Shown: piece after piece, positions 55,120 to 64,000 of the stretch | How the letters are laid out: the number at the start of each line of letters is the position of its first letter | Position numbering within the stretch: the first letter of the stretch is position 1 | Assembly: GCA_964016885.1 (NCBI GenBank) | Contig: OZ024749.1 | Location: 35,650,001 to 35,714,000 of the forward strand | DNA: 64,000 nt | Source of the DNA: Eledone cirrhosa | Taxonomy: Eukaryota | Direction of reading: 5' to 3' | Program-made: the position numbers and the translations under genes | Notes under the pieces: generated by a model | What the model was told of the DNA's origin: nothing | What the model saw: the letters and a program-made list of their open reading frames with translations, nothing else | Databases searched by the model: none

Positions 55120-55376
55120 ATGCAAAAGTTCTATTTAAATTGTTGGGATACAACAAGCAAATATTTTTATAACTGATATAAAGCATACTATCCTGATGTC
55201 TTCCAAAAGTAACGGTTGCATTTTGAAAGGGTACGTCAATGTTTATTTATAAAACTGGTATATATTGTATTTTGTCTGATTAAGGCATACCATAATTTAA
55301 CTTGGTATCCTTGAAATATGTATAATGAAATAAATATGGTTTTATAAATATAGTTTCCATTTGTTAATATCGTATA
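55120..55376 (+). mobile_element. Uncollapsed single-arm relative of the 14529 element
   Basis: Hammerhead 55268-55332 tattttgt-CTGATTA(G8 lost)-aggcatacca..tggtatcctt-GAAA-t-atgt-a-TA-atgaaata; both ends match 14529-14765. Confidence 0.78.
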
Positions 55377-56043
55377 TAAAATATAAATCATCATCATCAT
55401 TCAATGCCTGTTTTCCCTGTTATGTATATATATATACACACACACACACTCACGTTTGTACTTATATATATGGGTGTGTGTTCAATTGACTATATATTTA
55501 CTGGACTTATGGCTTTGCTTCTTACCTTCTTGTGTTCATTGGTTCCTTAAATGGTTGAAGGTTTTGAATTAATTGATGTTGATTGTATGGTATTGGCTGA
55601 ATTCGGTCAGTTCAGAAGAAGATCAGAGGGGAATGGAGTAGAGGGCTAGAGTTATTGCATGTCTGTGTATTGGATCAGGTTTGTAAAAGGTTTAGGATTG
55701 TGATATTTCCTAAGGATAATACTGATTATGTGTGAGTCCTATGTGTGAGTTATGTAATGGGGTCACAGTCGCTGCATATTATTATATAGAAACTACATAA
55801 TATGACTGCTGCAGTCTGATGACGTCCATCATACACGTATCAGTAAATGCTGTAAATTGGTGGGGTTTTTTATCTGCAGAGGAAGAACTTAAACATATGT
55901 GGCTTTACTCTTTCTTGAGAGATCTGGATCTGGTGTTTGTGGTTGGCTTTGGTTTAATCCTGATTGTATTTACATTGTATTTACAAATTAAGGCATACAA
56001 TGGGCTTTGTTACATATATATTGAGATACACACACTTACAGAC

Positions 56044-56081
<38 letters not shown>

Positions 56082-56083
<2 letters not shown>

Positions 56084-56667
56084 TTTCTGAATTTGTTTAG
56101 CAAGATTCTTTATCTGAAATCGTGTGATGAAACCGATATTGTTATACTTTGGGAGGGTCATGTTGCCAATAATAAACACACGCACCAGTTGCTTTCACTT
56201 CAATTTATTATATATTTATAAATTTATAAATTTACAAATCTACAAACTTATAAATTTCTGGTTGGTTGGTTGGTTCCACAACCAGATAGTTGTTTATATA
56301 TAGTCATAGTCCTTTCGTCACACACTCTGTGACCTCTTCAGTGACTGGGGATTCCTTTCTTTGTTTCTGTGCCTTTCCTTTCTTCTGTCCTACGCCATTT
56401 TCAAATGGCGTAGGACAGAAGAAAGGAAAGGCACAGAAACAAAGAAAGGAATCCCCAGTCACTGAAGAGGTCACAGAGTGTGTGACGAAAGGACTATGAC
56501 TATATATAAACAACTATCTGGTTGTGGAACCAACCAACCAACCAGAAATTTATAAGTTTGTAGATTTGTAAATTTATAAATTTATAAATATATAATAAAT
56601 TGAAGTGAAAGCAACTGGTGCGTGTGTTTCTTATTGGCAACATGACCCTCCCAAAGTATAACAATAT
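56082..56667. mobile_element. Near-perfect 532-bp palindrome with two hammerheads
   Basis: IR 56136-56667, 2-nt loop at 56401-56402; agtca-CTGAAGA-ggtcaca..tgtgac-GAAA-ggac-TA-tgact 56457-56501 and its mirror. Confidence 0.85.
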
Positions 56668-56750
56668 ATATATATATATACACTGTAGTATAAGGGTAAG
56701 AGCACTCAGTCCATAGGACGAGTTAAGTATAATGTTACTGTTGTAACTAA

Positions 56751-56776
<26 letters not shown>

Positions 56777-56781
<5 letters not shown>

Positions 56782-56985
56782 AATGTTAGACCTCAACGGC
56801 AGAGTTCAAGCCATTATGATGGCTATTTCTGGACTATGAAGGACGACAGTCCAGAAATAGCCGTCGAAACGGCTTGAGCTCTGCCGTCGAGGTCTAGCAT
56901 TTTCTTATTACCCACTCTACTACCCTAAGTATTGAGTACTCTGGTGCGTTATGGTCCATCTGGTTCCTTACCACAATTCTTTCAT
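56777..56985. mobile_element. Short palindromic element plus tail
   Basis: IR 56777-56905; tail hairpin actc..gagtac 56914-56939; (TA)n both sides. Confidence 0.75.
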
Positions 56986-57167
56986 TATATATATATATAT
57001 ATATATATAACATCATCATCATCATCATCATCATTTTAGCATCTGCTTTCCCCTGCAAGCAAGGGTTGGACAGGTTTGCATAGACCAAGTCAGATCTGAA
57101 GTAGAGCCACTGATCTCCGAGGCAGGCCAGGGAACTGTGTCTCGCTTTATGTATGGTTGATGCTCCT

Positions 57168-58124
57168 GACACTTTGTCTGGCAAGCTTTCTATGACTAGA
57201 TGCTCTTCCTATCCCCAACCACTTTACAGCATGTACTGGGTGTGTTTATCATGTAGATCACCAACACTAGGGAGGCTGACATGTCGTTAACATGGCTGAA
57301 GGGTCCTCATGACACTTTGTCTGGCAATCTTACTATGACTAGATGCCCTTCCTATCCCCAACCACTTTACAGCATGTACTGGGTGTGTTTATCATGTAGG
57401 TCACCAACACTAGGGAGGCTGACATGTCCTTAACATGGCTGAAGGGTCCTCATGACACTTTGTCTGGCAAGCTTTCTATGACTAGATGCCCTTCCTATCC
57501 CCAACCACTTTACAGCATGTACTGGGTGTGTTTATCATGTAGGTCACCAACACTAGGGAGGCTGACATGTCCTTAACATGGCTGAAGGGTCCTCATGACA
57601 CTTTGTCTGGCAAGCTTTCTATGACTAGATGCCCTTCCTATCCCCAACCACTTTACAGCATGTACTGGGTGTGTTTATCATGTAGGTCACCAACACTAGG
57701 GAGGCTGACATGTCGTTAACATGGCTGAAGGGTCCTCATGACACTTTGTCTGGCAAGCTTTCTATGACTAGATGCCCTTCCTATCCCCAACCACTTTACA
57801 GCATGTACTGGGTGTGTTTATCATGTAGGTCACCAACACTAGGGAGGCTGACATGTCGTTAACATGGCTGAAGGGTCCTCATGACACTTTGTCTGGCAAG
57901 CTTTCTATGACTAGATGCCCTTCCTATCCCCAACCACTTTACAGCATGTACTGGGTGTGTTTATCATGTAGGTCACCAACACTAGGGAGGCTGACATGTC
58001 CTTAACATGGCTGAAGGGTCCTCATGACACTTTGTCTGGCAAGCTTTCTATGACTAGATGCCCTTCCTATCCCCCAACCACTTTACAGCATGTACTGGGT
58101 GTGTTTATCATGTAGGTCACCAAA
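57168..58124. repeat. 143-bp tandem repeat, about 6.7 copies, inside an RTE-tailed element (57010-58124)
   Basis: gacactttgtctggc at 57168, 57311, 57454, 57597, 57740, 57883, 58026. Confidence 0.95.
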
Positions 58125-58319
58125 CATCATATATATATGAGTGTGTGTGTATGTGTGTAGTGTGTCTGTGTGTGTATATATATATATGTAGTGTTGTTAG
58201 TGTGTAAAATAATATGAAATGATGTCATCATAAGATGAGCGTCAACAGAGGTTTTACCGATGACGTCATCACTGTAGAGAAAACCAATATGTCTTATGAA
58301 ACATCTTTCTTTCACTTTC

Positions 58320-58353
<34 letters not shown>

Positions 58354-58734
58354 GCATATATATACATATGTCTGTAAATGCATATATATATATGGGTATG
58401 TGTGTATATATGTGTATATGTGTGTGCGTATAATATATGTATCATATTTATCAGTTTACTTCGTTCAGTTTTATGGCCAACCCATCTTTTGGCAACCAGC
58501 CATCTTTTAATGCAACATTAGAGTGTATGTACACATATATATATACACACATATATAAGTTTATATATATATGTGTGTCTGTGTGTGTGTGTGTATATTC
58601 ATGGAGTTTAGAAACCAAGAAAAGAAGAAATTGACATTTCTGTACTGTTATATCAGCTGACTATATAAAGATTGTATTTGTATTTGTGTGTTTGTTTGTT
58701 TGTGTATACTTGGAGAACAGATGTTAAATGATGA

Positions 58735-58839
<105 letters not shown>

Positions 58840-58856
58840 TATTATATATATATATA

Positions 58857-59071
58857 TAGTAATAATAATAAATTTGAAGACTAAAATCCAAAGAGGGCTC
58901 GATAAGGATAAATATATATCAAATATATAAGAACCGTAGAACAAATATTTATTAAAATAACAGATTAAAGTTTAAGCAAAGAATCGCTGCTTTTACCCTT
59001 AACGGGATCTTGAAGATCTCGTTAAGGGTGAAAGCAGCGATTCTTTGCTTAAACTTTAATCTGTTATTTTA

Positions 59072-59079
<8 letters not shown>
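58857..59079. mobile_element. Family g palindrome plus tail
   Basis: IR 58945-59079 centred 59012 within the TGAAGA core; tail hairpin gctc..gaac 58897-58942. Confidence 0.8.
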
Positions 59080-59121
<42 letters not shown>

Positions 59122-59123
59122 AT

Positions 59124-59329
59124 GAAGGTGCATGGCTGAGTGGTTACAGAATTGGTTTTGAGTTGTGAGTTCAATTTCCGAACCAAGTGATGCATTGTCC
59201 TTGAGCAAGACACTTTATTTCACGTTGCTCCTTCTACCTGGATTTGCGACCGATAGATACTATTAGCAGTTGGAAAGAACAATGGAAACATTGTTTCCTT
59301 GATCCAATTTGATGAAAGTCAATCGACTG

Positions 59330-59332
<3 letters not shown>
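59124..59332 (+). mobile_element. SINE family B
   Basis: Homologous to 29838-30055. Confidence 0.85.
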
Positions 59333-59368
<36 letters not shown>

Positions 59369-59372
<4 letters not shown>

Positions 59373-59650
59373 TGGTGGAACACTGGAAGGTAATATCCGT
59401 AGTGGTAGAGCACTCAGTCCAAGGGACGAGTTAGGTAGAAGTGGTTCCACAACAGTTAGTTCACGATACCGAGAACAATTGTTTCACCTTCGCGGATCTT
59501 CAGCTCGGGATGTATATGGTTATAGGAACAGGAGGGACAACCAGGTTGTCCTTCCTGTTCCTATAACCATATACATCCCGAGCTGAAGATCCGCGCAGGT
59601 GAAACAATTGTTCTCGGTATGGTGAACTAACTGTTGTGGAACCACTTCTA
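59369..59650. mobile_element. Palindromic hammerhead element plus tail
   Basis: IR 59436-59650 centred 59543; ccgag-CTGAAGA-tccgcgcaggt-GAAA-c-aatt-g-TT-ctcgg 59578-59617; tail hairpin gcactc-a-gtcc-aag-ggac-gagt 59410-59431. Confidence 0.85.
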
Positions 59651-61094
59651 TATATATATATATATACATATTTACACAGACATACACACATGCATATATG
59701 CATACATACACAATAGTCTAACTCACATTGTTCCTGTACTCGTTGTTGTTACCCTGCAGGTGTCAGCTCTAATGAATATTTTCATGATATAAAACGTATT
59801 CCAGCTGTGACCATCCCATTTATATTTCATATGTGTATCTTGAATATTATCCAATATATCGCCATCTATTCCTTTTTAAGATAGTATAGTATAGTTTGAG
59901 GGAGATTTAGTTTCTATTTTTAGCACATGGTGTGGGTATATAGAGTCTCTTTGTTTGATGATGGTGTTTGATCATGCAAAGATACCACTGTGTATGTATG
60001 TACTTACAGAAATATAAAATTAATATATGCATACTAGCTGAGTTACCTGGTGTTGCATGGGTCATTACATCCAGGTTATAAGTGGAAAAACTGTGGGAAA
60101 TATAATAAAATTAAACAAAGGTATAATTAAACTTGAAATTCATGAGCATTTCCACAATCAATATTACATGTTTTAAGTACTTATACACATAAAGAAATCA
60201 ATATTTTGGCTTCAGATTGATTATTTGTCTCAGTTACAACATATACTGTTTATGCATTTGAAAACGATAACTTAAATTATCTATACGGAAATAAGACCGT
60301 TAGTGCTCTAATCAGTCTACTAACCTTCAGCAAACAATCCAAACTGAACATCAACCTGCACCCATGACTCTTGCCAAAACAAACTGTACTCATCCTCCAA
60401 ATTCAGCAAATCAAATGCAAGCTGCCCATTCTTCCAACCTGGGTATATTCAATCAGACTGCAACAGCCACCTAATGGGGAAAACAGACGTTATCAAGCTG
60501 CAGCTTTTATATTATGTAGTTTCTATATAATAAAGCCAAAGCTATTATTATCTGCAGCGACTATGCCCCATTACATAATAGACCATGCTCCCCCTCTTCC
60601 CATTATCTCTTGATTTCAAAACTGCAAATTATCCACTTAGCTATATGATTAAAGTCCACCTTTTCTTTTGTTCTTAAATGAATGCAAAATCATAAAAATA
60701 TTTGATCCTTTCATGAATTACAATCCATGTTTGATATTCTAAGTAATATATGCAATTTATTCTAATGTAATGACATAAATATATTTCAACTTAGCAATTA
60801 AAATGAGAAAGTATGGTTATTAACTACCTAAGTGTATTGAATCTTAATATAAGAGAGAATAATTAACATCAAATATACAAGACACTATTTACTTTCTTGT
60901 AAAATTATAGCATTGCATCTTTCCCAATAATGGATTAAAGATTCTTAGTACTATGTATCTTTTGTCAGGAATAATGGTTTATATATGTACATTATTTACA
61001 TGAAAAATTTCACAAAACTATCATTTTGTCCATGAAATAGATTTTCACAGTTTTATAACAAAAGCACTTTCAATATAATCATATATCACCTTTA

Positions 61095-61590
61095 TACTGT
61101 AAAGTTGTGGTGTTGATATCACAACAAAATGCACCTTGTTCACACCATAAACTGGTTGTGTAGGTGTCATAACAAAAAGTACCCAGTTCACACTATAAAG
61201 TGGTTGTGTAGGTGTCAACAAAAAGCACCCAGTTCACACTATAAAGTGATCGTGTAGGTCTCAAGACAAAAAGCACCCAGTTCACACTATAAAGTGGTTG
61301 TGTAGGTGTCACAACAAAAAGCACCCAGCCCACACAGTAAAGTGGTTGTGTAAGTATCATGACAAAAAGCACCCAGCATACACTCTAAGGTGATCATGTA
61401 GGTGTCACAACAGAAACCACCCAGCACACATTGTAAATGTGGTTGGCGTTAGGAAGGACCATAGAAACCAAGCTATAAACAGTTCTGTATGAGCAAGACA
61501 TGGTTACCTGACCCAACTTGCCTCAAACAGGGCAACCCGTCTAACCTATCCTAGCATGGAAAATAGACGTTGAATGATGATGATGATGAT
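61095..61590 (+). mobile_element. RTE-type tail with about 7 tandem ~47-bp units
   Basis: aaaagcacccagttcacactataaagtggttgtgtaggtgtc units; (GAT)n tail. Confidence 0.8.
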
Positions 61591-61618
61591 ATATGTGTAT
61601 ATATATATATATATATAA

Positions 61619-61673
<55 letters not shown>

Positions 61674-61761
61674 CACATATGTATACACACACACACACAC
61701 TCACACATATATATTACATTTATATGTAGGTGTGTGATGTATAAGAATTACATCATGAAAA

Positions 61762-61884
61762 AATTAGTTTAGCCATTGATAAACATGTCAAAACTATTAA
61801 ATTCACTTTACATTTTACATTTATAAATGATAAATGTAAAGTGAATTTAATAGTTTTTGTCTGTTTTTGTGAATGGCTAATTAG
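61762..61884. repeat. Degenerate AT-rich palindrome
   Basis: aaaactattaaattcactttacattt / aaatgtaaagtgaatttaatagtttt; ttagccatt / aatggctaa. Confidence 0.7.
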
Positions 61885-62511
61885 TCTTCGTGTTTATATT
61901 TGTAATTAAATTTATGTCCCTTAACTTAGTAGTTTGAGAAAAAGTGATTGATAAAATAACTAAAATTCCCTGAAGGAGTGCCCCAGCATGACAATAGTCA
62001 AATGACTAGAATCAATAAAAGAATATACATGTGTGTCTATGTATGTTTGTTCATAAATATGTTGGTATTACTCATATAATTTTGAATCACCATCAAAGAA
62101 TATATAAAAAGAGAGTTCAATCTACTTTACTGATATATTCTTTGCTCTTTGCTCTCACATTTTCTCATGAAATACCGTGAAATCTCATGAAATCTCATTA
62201 GTGTTCCTAGAGATTATCATGTCTGTAGAATATCTTGTATTTTACATTTCCTGCGACTGTTCAATAATAGTAGAGATCATGTGCAGCAGACTTTACTATG
62301 CAATGTTGCCAGGATTCTACTCAATATGTTATCATCTACCATCTACCATCAACCATTATTAACTGTCAGGAAGTATCTATATGGCAGACTTTACCTGCTG
62401 TGGTTTATGGAATGACGAATGACAGAATGACAGAATGACTGTTCCAGAACATTAAAACAGCAAGTATACAACAAGAAACATGTACAACTGCCTACCCCCT
62501 CCTCTCTCCCC

Positions 62512-62571
<60 letters not shown>

Positions 62572-62579
<8 letters not shown>

Positions 62580-62984
62580 AGATCAAAAGATGGTTAAAGG
62601 AGTTCAATATATTTTATTATGCGCATTTCAAAAACAAACATCATCAAACAATAATATTTGTGTTTTCATCAGATAAAACAGGAGAACATGATATGAAGGC
62701 TAAAAAAAACACTTGTTGATAGTGCAGTTTTAAATCAACATATAACTGCACTATCAACAAGTGTTTTTTTTAGCCTTCATATCATGTTCTCCTGTTTTAT
62801 CTGATGAAAACACAAATATTATTGTTTGATGATGTTTGTTTTTGAAATGCGCATAATAAAATATATTGAACTCCTTTAACCATCTTTTGATCTTATATTA
62901 TGCATACTCCAGTCCCACAAACTGTAGAGTGCTTCTTATCCGATATCTGCATTGCTTTATTGTACTACAATAAAACTCACCTCC

Positions 62985-62987
<3 letters not shown>
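62572..62987. mobile_element. Palindromic hammerhead element plus tail (best-preserved copy)
   Basis: 158-bp arms 62572-62729 / 62744-62901; tail hairpin actc-cagt..actg-ta-gagtgc 62906-62932; (TA)n both sides. Confidence 0.88.
62795..62861 (+). ncRNA. Type I hammerhead ribozyme (mirror at 62612-62678 on minus strand)
   Basis: ttttat-CTGATGA-stem II-GAAA-t-gcgc-a-TA-ataaaa; AATAAA overlaps the cleavage site. Confidence 0.88.
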
Positions 62988-63021
<34 letters not shown>

Positions 63022-63654
63022 TGTACCGATTGTGTTGTTATTTCTGTTTACCTTTTACATACATACATATATATATATACACACATATATGTGTGTGTTT
63101 ATGTGTATGTATATCTATATCTATATACACATGAGCATACATATACATATGCACACATCAACAAATTTGCAAAGTCATTAGAATACTATAGAAAATGCAT
63201 TGCTATATTCGTTGTGTGTCTCTCTACACTCTGATATCAAATTCCTCTGTGGTTAACTTTGCCTTTTGTTCCTTTGAGGTCAATAAACAAAGTACCATTA
63301 TAGTACTGGGGTCTCTATCTCATTCTTAATTTCTCTATCTCTCTCTTTCACTGGAATAAATTGACTGTGTTCAGACATGGAAAGGGATAAACTGCAGCAG
63401 GTTTAAATGGCCATGAGATATTGTATGTTATAATGTTGCTCCTATGACGCCATGATGAGTTCAGGACTCATGGACGGATATATTATCTTTTATTCTTTTA
63501 TGTGTTCGAGCCAAAGAGCAGATTGATACTGGAGTCAGGTCTATCACATAGATAAAGACCTCGAGCTAATCATTTGTGAAACATATGTAATGTTTGATAT
63601 GCAATAAAACATTTTAAAGTGATATTTCATTATCTAATACATAATATGCATATA

Positions 63655-63688
<34 letters not shown>

Positions 63689-64000
63689 GCATTGATCTAC
63701 ACAATAAACACACTCAGTACATGCTGTAAAGTGGTTGGGGATAGGAATGGCATCCAGGCTTAGAAAGTTTGCCAGATAAAGGGTCAGGAAGACCCTTCAG
63801 TCATGTCAAGAACATGACAGTTTCCTAGTTATGGTGATCTACACGATAAATGTATTCAGTACACTCTGTAAAGTGGTTAGTGATAGGAAGGGCATCCAGC
63901 CATAGAAATCTTGCCCAACAAAGGGTTGGGAGGACCCTCTGTTGTGTCAAAGACTTTGCAATCTCTCTGGCACACTCAGTGGAACATCAACCATATAGAC

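Noticed and set aside
55816-55850. CTGATGA motif (also cgatga at 58258)
   Set aside because: No properly placed GAAA, NUH and stem I, so not counted as a hammerhead.
56290-56513. Two near-identical 69-aa ORFs on opposite strands
   Set aside because: Direct consequence of the palindrome.
57168-58124. Regularly spaced repeats resembling a CRISPR array (also 28135-28506)
   Set aside because: Units are identical end to end with no unique spacers, there are no cas genes, and the context is eukaryotic.
60033-60310. actagctgagttacctggtgttgcatggg, resembling a Helitron/Helentron terminus
   Set aside because: Single degenerate occurrence and no matching second end found.

Overview
AT-rich, microsatellite-dense animal genomic DNA with no supportable host protein-coding exon. 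The repeat repertoire (RTE LINEs with (GAT)n tails, tRNA/CORE-type SINEs, long (TA)n/(CA)n tracts) resembles an octopus/cephalopod intron or intergenic region; this is inference. Nearly all ORFs in the track are microsatellite artefacts. Real coding remnants are decayed retrotransposon ORFs (RTE, Tx1/L1-like, CR1-like). The window also holds a young non-autonomous LTR element with an unusually long tRNA-Trp primer site, hAT- and piggyBac-type MITEs, and several minisatellites. The most striking signal is a set of more than 15 short non-coding elements, mostly unrelated in sequence, inserted in (TA)n tracts and sharing one architecture. Each has a long inverted repeat whose arms usually carry a minimal type I hammerhead ribozyme (CUGANGA...GAAA...NUH, often with a palindromic loop 3 and a nearby AATAAA). 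Most also have a one-sided tail that begins 2-8 nt past the arm end with a conserved ACTC..GAGT / GCTC..GAGC hairpin. These look like Penelope-like element pLTR insertions, and the tail hairpin is a candidate signal for positioning reverse transcription.
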